Shown: positions 11,732 through 23,445, counted from the stretch's first letter. The stretch: DNA of 64,000 nucleotides from Octopus sinensis (GCF_006345805.1 NC_043005.1:101246001-101310000); one strand, 5' to 3'. The notes: generated from the sequence alone by a model not told the origin. Program-made: numbers and translations.

Positions 11732-12239
11732 TATATATATTCCGTTATATATATATACAGATATATATATATATATATATATACAGATATATATATTCCG
11801 TTTCTGGTTCCGTTTTCAGCAGAGAAAGACGTGATTGCCTTTGCTCTGTGAAAAAGTTTGCATAGAACGGCGAAATAACCCACTGTAGTTGCAAAACGTA
11901 AAACTCTAAGTCATAGAGATCACTACAACACTTTGGTTAAAAATATTTTTAAAAATATATATATAAATATATACATATACACAGTAATTTTCATTTTCGC
12001 CGAAACGCACATGGTGCAAAAATAACTGAATCAAGTTATCTCCTGCAAGAAAGAAAAAAGAAGCATCTCTCCTGAAAAAAATCCCGTAAACCAAAAAAAA
12101 TAATCCAGACCACATTGTTGGATTAAGTATCAATTTCATCTATTTCATATTTTATTTATTATTCTATTTTATCTTTCACTTAGGCCCACATCTTAGTTAA
12201 AGTTGCGATCGTCATTTGGTTTGTTTACATTTTCAATAA

Positions 12240-13400
12240 CTGTTCCCGATATAATAATTTTCCAGATACTCTATCTTCTAATTAGGCTTAAGATAAATTA
12301 AATAACGTTTAATATTGATACCGTCAAATTAGCCTTAGGATTAAATTAAATAACGTTTAATATTGTTTAATATTGTTAATAATTATTGTTAATTAGCCTT
12401 AAGATTAAATTAAATAACGTTTAATATTGTTTTAATATTGTTAATAATTTTTCAGATACTCTATCTTCTAATTAGCCTTAAGATTAAATTAAATAACGTT
12501 TAATATTAATAACGTCTAATTAGCCTTAGGATTAAATTAAATAATGTTTAATATTGTTAATAATTATTGTTAATTAGCCTTAGGATTAAATTAAATAACG
12601 TTTAATATTGTTTAATATTGTTAATAATTACTGTTAATTAGCCTTAAGATTAAATTAAATAACGTTTAATATGTTTAATATTGTTAATAATTATTGTTAA
12701 TTACCTTAGGATTAATTAAATAACGTTTAATATTGTTTAATTTGTTAATAATTATTGTTAATTAGCCTTAAGATTAAATTAAATAACGTTTAATATTGTT
12801 TTAATATTGTTAATAAATCTTCAGATACTCTATCTTCTAATTAGCCTTAAGATTAAATTAAATAACGTTTAATATTACCCACACTCTAATATAATATTAA
12901 CATTGCTAATATATTTTCAGATACTCTATCTCCTGATTAGCCTTAAGATTAAATAACGTTTTTATCCACACTCTAATATAATATTAGCCTTAAGATTAAA
13001 TAACGTTTTTATCCACACTCTAATATAATATTAATATTGCTAATATATTTTCAGATACTCTATCTTCTAATTAGCCTTAAGATTAAATTAAATAACGTTT
13101 AATATTAATAACGTCTAATTAGCCTTAAGATTAAATTAAATAACGGTTAATATTGCTTAATATTGTATATATAATTTTTCAGATACTCTGTCTTCTAATT
13201 AGCCTTAAGATTAAATTAAATAACGTTTAATATTACCCACACTCTAATATAATATTAATATTGCTAATATATTTTCAGATACTCTATCTCCTAATTAGCC
13301 TTAAGATTAAATAACGTTTTTACCCAAATAACGTTTTTACACAAACTTTAATATTGTTAATATTTCTTTTTCAAGTACTCTATCTTCTAATTAGCCTTAA
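12240..13400 (+). repeat. Modular AT-rich tandem array: ~17 copies of a 38-bp core with ~4 reused spacer types
   Basis: Core AATTAGCCTTAAGATTAAATTAAATAACGTTTAATATT at ~12280, 12327, 12391, 12470, 12518, 12572, 12636, 12699, 12760, 12839, 12935, 12983, 13069, 13117, 13197, 13293 and 13389 (partial). Confidence 0.92.
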
Positions 13401-13461
13401 TATCTTCCTGTCTTCTCTCGAACATAATTAGATAGATAAACGGATAGACGGATTATCCAGC

Positions 13462-14366
13462 ATGTCCAGAGCATGGAGACGTGACGAGCTGGATTTATTC
13501 GTACGAGCATGGGAGTGCGCCGGTGGAGATAGCCCTAGCGAGTGATTGCGGCTGCGCTGAAGAGCAGAGGCTACAAGAGGACAGCGGCTCAGATGGAGCG
13601 AAAGAGACAGGAATTCGTGCGCTCATATGCGCTTGTACGGTCGCACATTGGCGCACTTGATGCCATCTTTGAGAACGAGCGGGGCAAAGATGGCAAGAAT
13701 GGAGACGATGAAAGAAGTCACCCCCACCTGTGGACGCCCAGGAGGAGGTTTTGAATGAGAAACCTGCCCGGGAAGTGAACCCAGGTGCAAGTTCTCCAAC
13801 CGGCAGCAAGGGCCATGGAGACGGAGAACCCAGTGAAGAGGTAGAGGGAGAAAGAACTAAAAGAAGGACTGGAAGAGCTAAAGGAAAAGAAAAAGCTCAA
13901 GCAGGACCAAAGAGAGAAACAACCAGAGTAGAAGTGGAACCGCAAAGGATGGAACCAAACAGCGCACACGGGTGTGTATGTTCTACCTGAGAGGTTCCTC
14001 CTGGCACGAAAGGAAGGTGCAGGCTGCCGCTTTGCACATCGGGGACCCTGCCACAGAGACACGAGGCAGATAGACAAACCATCAACACAAAGAAAAGGGA
14101 TGGACTACGCACCACCTGCCCCAAAGCGGAGGTACGCAGATGTTGTGCGCGCCACAAACAGCCAACATGATGTTGTCGAAAGAGCAGCTGCTGAGCAACA
14201 ATCTTTTTTGTGCATGGCACAAAAGATTGTACAGCAGCTGACCTGGCTTCATCAAACCCAAGCCCGCACGTGGGACTACCCACTATATACCAGACCACCA
14301 CAGCAAACAGACACAGGATGGACACCGCCGGCAACAACGTACACCTCACCTCGATACTCCTACTGA
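13462..14366 (+). pseudogene. LINE ORF1 relic: Myb/SANT-like trihelix domain, charged linker, CCCH zinc finger
   Basis: MSRAWRRDELDLFVRAWE../VIAAALKSRGYKRTAAQMERKRQEFVRSY and RVCMFYLRGS(S)WH/KEGAGCRFAH, joined across frameshifts. Confidence 0.7.
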
Positions 14367-17306
14367 ACATCAGAGGACTGCAAACACTCAGTAACAGGAC
14401 AAAGATCCCGTTCCTGAGAGACTTTGTTGCATGCAATCAAGCCTTATGCATAGCACTTACAGAAACGCACCTGAAACCGGACATAGCAGATGCGGAGTTA
14501 CACATACCACAGTATGCTGTACTACGGACCGACAGGAAAGAAAGGAGTCATGGAGGTGTTGCTATGTACATCCGTGAGGACCTCACACCCCAGGTCCTCT
14601 TGTCATACTCAAACTCGGTGTGTGACACACTAATTGTACATATTAGGCAACTTGATGTAGTTGTGTGTGCTACATATCGCCCTCCAGATGCCCCAAGCCA
14701 TGTGGGCAAGTTTGAAGACTGCCTTATAAAAATAGAAGAAATTCTAACCACATTAGAACAACACATAGGTGTGCTTCTTATGGGAGACTTCAATCTGCCC
14801 AATGTCAGATGGCCCGAGGGCCTTTCTCTCCCAGGAATGACAAGATGTGAACGAGGACAGGCGAGGTCCCTCCTGAACCTCATCAACACCCTGTACATGG
14901 AGCAGGTAATACTCCAACCAACCAGGGCAGGTAACACACTGGATCTCTGCTTCACAAGGACATGGATCTCATCCATAATGTGAAAGTGACACCGACACTA
15001 CTCTCGGATCACAACATGATAGAGCTGACCATGTACGGGCCAAAAGAGAGCACGGACATGCAGCCTACAAGAAACCCTCAAAATCTTTCCAGCTTGAACT
15101 ACCATAAGGCAAACTGGAAACAAATTGAGAAAGAGATCCTCAAACAAAACTGGCCTAAATGTCTCTCCTCGCCAGACATCGACGTGAAACTTCAACAATT
15201 CATGTCTGTAATGCAAGCCATATGCTACAAATGTGTCCCAGAGAGAAAGGCCACTGTACACAAGAACAAAATCCCCAGAGAGAGGAAAATTTTAATGAGA
15301 CGGCATACGAAATTTTCAAATCGCCTAAACAAACAGATTGAAAGCAGTGAAAAGTCCCGCCTAAAAATAAAACTGTTGGAAATCGAAAAATGTCTGCAAC
15401 TCTCCCATGAAAAAGAAAGAGCAGACAAAGAAGCCTGGGCTATAGAAAACATAAAATCTAACCCCAGAGCTTTCTACAGGTATGCCAAAGAAACAGCTAC
15501 AGTGCACTGTAGAATAGGGCCACTCCTCGAAAAGGATGGCACACTTACAGGAAAACCAATGAGGGTAAGTGAAATACTGAATGAGCAATTCAAGAGTGTT
15601 TTCACTCCACCCCTTGGGCATCTCCAAATCACCAATCCAACTGACTTTTTTACCACTGCAGATATAAAATCAGAGGTGGCGACGATAGATTACATCGATA
15701 TAAAGGAAGACGATGTAACCAAGGCTATAGATGAAATGAAACAGACTCAGCTACTGGCCCCGATGGATTCCCGGCAATCCTCCTAAAAGCATGTAAGAGA
15801 GTCCTAGCAAGACCACTGCAGTTCCTCTTTCAGAGCTTCCTTGCAGCTGGCAAACTTCCAGGAAAACTGAAGGAAGGTAAAATATGCCCCATTCATAAGG
15901 AGGTAGCAGAGCGGAAGCCAAGAACTATAGACCTATCTCTCTGACCTCACACATCAGCAAGGTCATGGAACGAATAGTCAGAAGGAAGCTGATCACCTTC
16001 CTTGAAGAGAATGACTTGCTGCCCGACACCCAACATGGTTTCCGACCAGGGAGAAGCTGTTTAACTCAGCTCCTACAACACTATGACTGGGTGCTGAAAC
16101 GGCTGCTCAACCACTCAAATGTGGAAGTGATATATCTCGACTTTGCAAAGGCCTTTGATAAAGTCGATCATGGAATGATATGTCACAACCTGCGTGATCT
16201 CAACATAGTTGGAAACTGGGAGAATGGCTTCATGACTTTCTGAAGGATAGAAGTCAGGTGGTAGTAGCCAATGGGGCCACCTCCATTAACACCAAATAGT
16301 GAGCGGTGTTCCGCAGGGCACTGTTCTGGGACCACTACTGTTCATAATGGCCCTCTCAGACATGCCCTCAGCCACGCAGAGCCACGATCACAAGTTATGC
16401 AGATGATACAAAAGTTTCACAGGCAATACAGAACCCTGAGGACACTAAACACCTGCAATGTGAGCTGGACAAAATATACAAGTGGGCTGAAAAGAATAGC
16501 ATGCAGTTCAATGCTGGAAAGTTTCAAGCTTTATACTATCAGCATGCAAAACTGAATGCAATACCCAATGAATACACTGGACCCGGAGGGATTGCAATCC
16601 AGAGGCACAATCAGTGCGTGACCTGGGTATTCACATGAGTGATGACGCGACCTTTCATGTACATGTTGCTAAACTGACAATGAAATGTAGACGGCTGGCT
16701 GGATGGATTCTTAGAACCTTTAGAACAAGAGAACAAGAAACCATGATGGTCCTCTGGAAGACACTTGTCCTAAGCCACTTTGACTATTGCTCTCAGCTAT
16801 GGTCACCATCCAGTGTCAAGTTGATCACAGAACTTGAGGCGATCCAACGAAGCTACACAAAGAAGATAGCCTCTATGCAGAATGTAAGCTACTGGGAAAG
16901 ACTCAAGAGATTAAAATTATATTCCCTGGGGCGTAGGCGGGAAAGATATGCCATAATATACATCTGGAAGATCCTGGAGGGAAGTGTCCTGAACTTTGGC
17001 ATCGAGAGTTACACAAATGCCAGAACTGGGCGCCACTGCGTGGTGCCTAGGACTCCAAACCTGCCATCAAGATGTAGGACAAGATTCTGTGATAGCCTGG
17101 GCTTCCGAGGCCCACAGCTCTTCAATATCCTCCCGAAGAACCTGAGAGACCTGCATGGGGTGGATACAGATGTCTTTAAAATGAAGCTGGATCTCTTCCT
17201 GTCAGGTGTCCCAGATGAACCAACTTCACGGCAGGAGGGGCAGATGAGGGCAGCTGCATCGAACTCTCTCATGCACCAAATAGCAGTTGCTAGAAAGCCT
17301 CCATGA
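14318..17306 (+). pseudogene. LINE ORF2 relic: apurinic endonuclease plus reverse transcriptase
   Basis: APE motifs LNIRGL, LTETHL, GGVAMY, GDFNLP, SDHN. RT motifs NYRPISLTS, QHGFRPGRSC, YLDFAKAFDKVDH, GVPQGTVLGP, YADDT. C-terminal YWERLKRLKLYSL. Several frameshifts. Confidence 0.96.
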
Positions 17307-17390
17307 AGTGAAACCAAGTAGCAACACAGAATGGCGGTGCCCCAGCATGGCCACAGCTCATAAGCTGAACTAGAATCAATCAATCAATCA

Positions 17391-17475
<85 letters not shown>

Positions 17476-17485
17476 CACATATAGT

Positions 17486-17531
<46 letters not shown>

Positions 17532-17739
17532 CATATAGTTATATGTATATGTATATATATACACATAACTATATGCTTAAAGGTATTTATGTATATATTC
17601 ATGTGTATATGTGTATGTCTGTATGTTCATTTATATCTGCAGATGTATGTATATATGTGTATGTATGAGTACATGCATGTGCACGTGTGTGTGTGTGCAT
17701 ATCTATCTATCTATCTATCTATCATATATATATATATAT

Positions 17740-18028
17740 ATTAGAAGAAATAAGGTACTCAGAAATTCGGATGGTTTTATATATACATATATATATATAT
17801 ATATAATATATATAGGAGAGTATTGTAGTTTGCTTGAAGCATTGTGTATTGTTTGTAAAGAATAAAAAATTTTGAATGGTACAACAATGCACTATAATAC
17901 AGACAATGGGCAATTTCCCTGTGGTAATTTAGTTATCTATAGTCTGATATGATATTTCGGAATTATATTCCTTGTTTAGAATATCGTTACAAACAATACA
18001 CAATGCTTCAAGTGAACTACAATACTCT

Positions 18029-18077
<49 letters not shown>

Positions 18078-18112
18078 CCATCTGAATTTCTGAGTACCTC
18101 ATTTCTTCTAAT
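17740..18112. repeat. Fold-back element with bipartite inverted arms split by (TA)n
   Basis: 17740-17776 vs 18076-18112 (2 mismatches in 37) and 17813-17858 vs 17987-18032 (2 mismatches in 46). Confidence 0.9.
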
Positions 18113-18454
18113 ATAAAATACCTGTACATCATCTCCAAACCTTCCAATATATATATTTGTGTGTGTGTGTGTGTGTCCCCTTAATTCCTATGTTGTGTAT
18201 GCCCTCACATTCCACCAAAGTCTCCATCAACTTTCTTGCTTCTACAACTCTCTCTTACCTCACACTGTCCTGTACTCTTTGCAAGCCTTCCACTCATAAT
18301 CTACTTCACTTTCTCTTCAAAGATGGAACTAGTAATTCCTAAAATATTTCACCATAGAATTTCCTTCATGCTTCAACAATGGAACTGCTAACTTCTAGAA
18401 TAGTTTACTGAGAAATTTCTGAATTCTTTGATAAACTGGTAACTACTAATATAC

Positions 18455-18656
18455 CTCTCTTTTACTCTTTTACATGTTTCAGTCATTTGACTGTGGCCAT
18501 GCTGGAGCACCACCTTTTGTTGAAGAAATCGACCTCAGGACTTATTCTTTATAAGCCTAGTACTTATTCTATCGGTCTCTTTTGCTGAAACACTAAGTTA
18601 TGGGTATGTAAACACACCAGCATCGGTTGTCAAGCGATGTTGGGGAATAAATACAG

Positions 18657-18689
<33 letters not shown>

Positions 18690-18828
18690 TATATACGACA
18701 GGCTTCTTTCAGTTTCCATCTACCAAATCCACTCACAAGGCTTTGGTCAGCCCAAGGCTATAGTAGAAAACACTTGCCCAAGGTGTCATGCAGTGGGACT
18801 GAATCTGGAACCATGTGGTTGGTAAGCA
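18455..18828 (-). mobile_element. SINE family B, slightly 5'-truncated
   Basis: Matches the other family B copies. Confidence 0.88.
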
Positions 18829-19259
18829 AATCTTTACCTAATAACATATGCTTCACATGCTCAGCTATTCTAGAAACAGCTGTAAGAGATTTTACACATC
18901 ACTTCATAATCTGAGATTTACAACAACTATTCTGCACTACGTTTGAATTAAAGATTAAATGCTATAAAGTGATACCACATTTTTTTGGCCCATTCATTCT
19001 CTCTTCCTAATATATATTTGTATACATACATACACACACGTGTATATATATATATATATATATATAGTAATACTAAGCAATAAAGGGTTTAGCAACGAAT
19101 TGCCTTACCACAGACCGAATTTAGAAATAGCAGTCAAAGGGTTATAGCTATTTCTTCTACTAAAAAGGGAGATCTCAGTAAAAACACAGCAATTGGAAGG
19201 CAGACACAAACAGGTATATATATATATATATACACACACACATACATGCATATACATGC

Positions 19260-19300
<41 letters not shown>

Positions 19301-19416
19301 CACACACATACATACATATATATATACACACACATATACATGCATATACATGCACACACACACATATATATATATGTATATATATATGTACATATATATA
19401 TGTGTATGTGTGTGTG

Positions 19417-19449
<33 letters not shown>

Positions 19450-19570
19450 ATGTATGTATATATACACACACACATACATAGACACACATGTTCACATACA
19501 CACATACATAAACGTATACACACACACATAAATACATATACATATATACATGTGTGTCTCTGTTTGCCTT

Positions 19571-19607
<37 letters not shown>

Positions 19608-20284
19608 GTTTACTACTTATCAAAACTTCGTTTATTCTCTGTAAAACTCATATTTTTCTAAGATATGTAAGCAATCATTTCTCATTTTCTCTTCACAGTT
19701 TTTCATTCCAATTACATTCTTTCTTATTCAGATTTAATTTATTTTCCACTTATTACTAATCATTCTATTTGGTTTTATCAATTTTAATCATTCTTTTGAA
19801 ATCTATAGAAAACTCTTCTTTTTTTTATTTTCTCAAAATCTTTACATAAAGCAAGCAAAATGTACACAAATAGACAGTCATTTAAAGAGAACTTCAGAAT
19901 ATTTCACCATGGATGCAAATGTTTGGTTGGTTTGAAATACTCAACAAAAAAGTTCTAAATTTTGTTTCTGCTTCATTTAAGCATTTCACGTTTTCCAGCA
20001 GATCTGGTCGTCTACTGGAAAAAAGAATGAAGTAGGCTGATCAATTAGTTAAATCTGTTTTAACCTCATATCTTAAGGGAAATAATATATTTCCCTTCAT
20101 TTCTAGGTCATAATAACACAACATTGGATATGGACTCTAACTCAATCTTTAGTAAATGAAATTCAACATACAGGTCGTTCAGGTTAAATTTGAAGATTTT
20201 TTTACGTCTCCTTTCTTCAGGGTCAGCTCGATGTATTGGTGAACAGTCAGCATGGTCAGTGGTGTTGGAGAACATAAAGATTAA

Positions 20285-20760
20285 CCCTTTCGTTACCAAC
20301 CTGGCCGAAACCTGCCCTAGCTCTGTAGTACAAATATCTTGTTTTCATAAGTTTTGAATTAAAATCTTCCTATTTCTTTACTACCCACAAGGGGTTACAT
20401 AGAGGGGACAAACAAGGACAGATAAACGGATTAAGTCGATTATATCGACCCCAGTATGTAACTGGTACTTATTTAATCAACCCCAAAAGGATGAAAGGCA
20501 AAGTTGAGCTCGGTGGAATTTGAACTTAGAACGTAGCAGCAGACAAAATACCGCTAAGCATTTCGCCCGGTGTGCTACTGCCGGCTCGCTGGTTTGGAGG
20601 AAGATTTTAATTTCAAATCTGCCATCAAACCTTAATCTCAATTTTATGTTCCTCACACTAGCTTAATGATAACTAAGTTATTTCGCTAAATTCCTTGTTA
20701 TATTTAAAATTGATTGAAAGAAACACAGAGCATCTCAAAATAAATACGGCAACAAAAGGG
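20285..20760. mobile_element. piggyBac-type MITE with a nested SINE
   Basis: TTAA target duplications at 20281-84 and 20761-64. TIRs CCCTTTCGTTACC / GGCAACAAAAGGG. Second copy at 46963-47185. Confidence 0.85.
20371..20590 (-). mobile_element. SINE family A nested in the MITE
   Basis: Revcomp of the family A sequence. Confidence 0.9.
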
Positions 20761-20789
20761 TTAAAGTTGCAGTCGAAAAATAGTTAGCA

Positions 20790-21420
20790 GACATGAAAGA
20801 CTGGAACCCACCTGAATGCTGCAAAAGAATTACCTGTATTGTGATGTTTCAAGGTGTGTATTAAAATGCTGGTCTCATGACTGCTGCTCAATGTTCTGTG
20901 AACACTGTAAAAGCTGTAAAATTTGACAAGTGCAGCAGCAATGGAGACCATGAAGTCAAGGCTAGCAGAAGGGGACACAGTAGGCATTCTTACTTTGCCA
21001 GAATTCATCCCTGTGTCTTTGAACTGAGGCTTGGGCTCAAATCAAATGGTTATGTGAAGTTGCTTAAGACTGTGGTCAATCCCTGATTGGAAAGGTTTGC
21101 TGCTGGAAACCATATTTGTGGCAACAGGATTTGGCTCCTTGCCATACTTCCAGAAGGAGTCAGGTGTGGTTGTTGGGGAATTTCTATAACTTCACCAGCC
21201 CTAATTTCTGGTCTCCTAATATCTCTGATTGTAATCCCATGAATTATTATGTGCAGGGCATGTTTGAGAAAGACACCAACAGCTCTGCCTGCAAGCTGGT
21301 GGCCAAGATCAAAGAGCTGTTTGGGGATTTTCCCAGGGACACAGCAAGAAATGCATGTGCCAAGTTCTAGAGTCATCTTGAGGCTGTGGTGGAAGCAGAG
21401 GATATCAACTTTGAGTAAAG
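20790..21420 (+). pseudogene. maT/DD37D transposase relic (second subfamily), internally deleted
   Basis: YVKLLKTVVNP, WQQDLAPCHTS, FWSPNISDCNPMNYYV and HLEAVVEAE. Confidence 0.75.
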
Positions 21421-22107
21421 AGTGACCATTGGTTATCAGTTTTTGGTTGATGAATCAATAAATGGTACTGTGACTAAATAGGCCTGAATGAACAATAATA
21501 ATGGAAATATTGTAACAACTCATGAGAATGGCGATAATAGCAAATGATGTTCTTTGTAGAAAAATATTAAATTCCAAAGTGTTATTGTCGTTATTAAATG
21601 TCCATGTTCCATGCTGGTATGGTTTGGATGGTTTGACTGGATCCAGGGTGTGTCCAAGGATTGTATCAAGCTTCAATGTCTGCTTTGGAATGGTCTTTGT
21701 GAAAGGATTCTCTTCTTAATGCTGACTACTTTACAGCATGGACAGCATGTTACTAATAAAATTGGCCTTTGATATAAAAGTGTAAAGAATAAGCAGTTTG
21801 ACTAAAACCATTTAGAAAAGGTAAGTGACCTAGAGGTTGAGGCATTGAGTTCCAGTTCTTATGATCAAGAGTTTCATTCCTAGATTTGGTGGTGTGTTAT
21901 GTCTACTGGACAAAAGAATAAAGTTGACTGATCAATTAGTTAACTCTGTTTTAACCTCACCACCTCATGTCTTTTAGTGTGTATAATAATCTATTTCCCT
22001 TTATTTATAGATCATAATAATACAACATTTTTAATCTGGGAACACCTGGGAAGATTTCACATTGCTCTAATGTTCCCAGATCAAAAATGAGAGCAAGCTT
22101 TGTACTG
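21410..22107 (+). repeat. Left arm of a local inverted duplication
   Basis: Revcomp of 22636-23445. Contains a ~150-bp insert at 21903-22054. Confidence 0.9.
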
Positions 22108-22635
22108 AAATCTAGTAGATGGCTTTTTTAAAATTTTTAAAAATACTTTTGTTTTCAGATGGGATATTTTATTTTTTCCCCCTTTATGCAAACTGGAAAA
22201 TTTAGCCCAAACACCTTGTAGTAGTTGACATGAATTGTAAATAAAACCCTATTCGGTGACAGGTTTCATTAATGATATTAATCCCAAGTACCATCACCAA
22301 GCTTAAGTTGATTGAAACCCACCTAGTGGCACAAATTCCAATCTTTTAGACCAAAATAACTTTTATTTTAGCATATCTTTCAATTCAATTTAATATATCT
22401 TTCAATTCTAATTTTTTTATCTCATTCCCATCCAACCTTTGCTGCTTTCATTTCCTAATATGGTATAACTTATATAACTATTAAAAATGACAGCCATTAC
22501 TTGCAAACAATGATTGGTGGCATGTGACCGGTTTTGGTTAATCCATTTCAGTACTCATGCTGTTGAGAGCTGATATAGACACCTTCTCTTTATCCCTATC
22601 TCTAAACCCACAAAACATTAGGGAAGAGAGAAGGT

Positions 22636-23445
22636 GCACCAGTACAAAGCTTGCACTCATTTTTAATCTGGTTGCATTAGAGCAATGTGGAATGGAGTGC
22701 CTTGCTCAAGGACATAACACACCACCTAATCTAGGAATGAAACTTGTGATCATAAGAACCGGAACCCAATGCCTCAACCACTAGGTCACTTACCTATTTC
22801 TTTACTACCCACAAGGGGCTACACACAGAGGGGACAAACAAGGACAGACAAATGGATTAAGTCGATTACATCGACCCCAGTGCGTAACTGGTACTTATTT
22901 AATCGACCCTGAAAGAATGAAAGGCAAAGTCGACCTCGGCGGAATTTGAACTCAGAACATAACGGCAGACAAAATACCGTTAAGTATTTCAAACGTCACA
23001 CAAATGTTTCTGCTAGCTCGCCGCCTTGTAGGCCACTTACCTCCTCTAAATGGTTATAGTCAAACTGCTTATTCTTTACACTTTTATATCAAAGGCCAAT
23101 TTTATTAGTAACATGCTGTCCATGCTGTAAAGTGGTCAGCATTAAGAAGAGAATCCATTCACAAAGACCATGCCAAAGTAGACATTGAAGCTTGATACAA
23201 TTCTTGGACACACCCTGGATCCAGTCAAACCATCCAAACCATACCAGCATGGAACATGGACATTTAATAACGACAATAACACTTTGGAATTTAATATTTT
23301 TCCACAAAGAACATCATTTGCTATTATCGCCATTCTCATGAGTTGTTGCAATATTTCCATTATTATTGTTCATTCAGGCCTATTTAGTCACAGTACCATT
23401 TATTGATTCATCAACCGAAAACTGTTAACCAATGGTCACTCCTTA
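22636..23445 (-). repeat. Right arm of a local inverted duplication
   Basis: The ORF track gives near-identical 73-aa peptides on opposite strands (21455..21676 and 23185..23406). Confidence 0.9.
22796..23033 (-). mobile_element. SINE family A with a 9-bp TSD
   Basis: TSD CACTTACCT at 22787-95 and 23034-42. The empty site is present in the left arm at ~21820. Confidence 0.92.

Larger units (their letters stand above)
12180..17394 (+). mobile_element. CR1-group LINE (family a), probably full length, frameshifted
   Basis: ORF1 relic, APE-RT ORF2 relic, 3'UTR and (AATC)n tail ending at 17394. The 5' boundary is inferred and no TSD is visible. Confidence 0.85.

Noticed and set aside
12140-12185. 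Target-site duplication for the large LINE
   Set aside because: The 3' flank is (TA)n and no matching sequence is seen at the 5' side, so the 5' boundary remains inferred.
12240-13400. CRISPR-array interpretation of the repeat-spacer pattern
   Set aside because: Spacers are reused and vary from ~10 to ~58 bp, there are no cas genes, and the context is eukaryotic and abuts a LINE.
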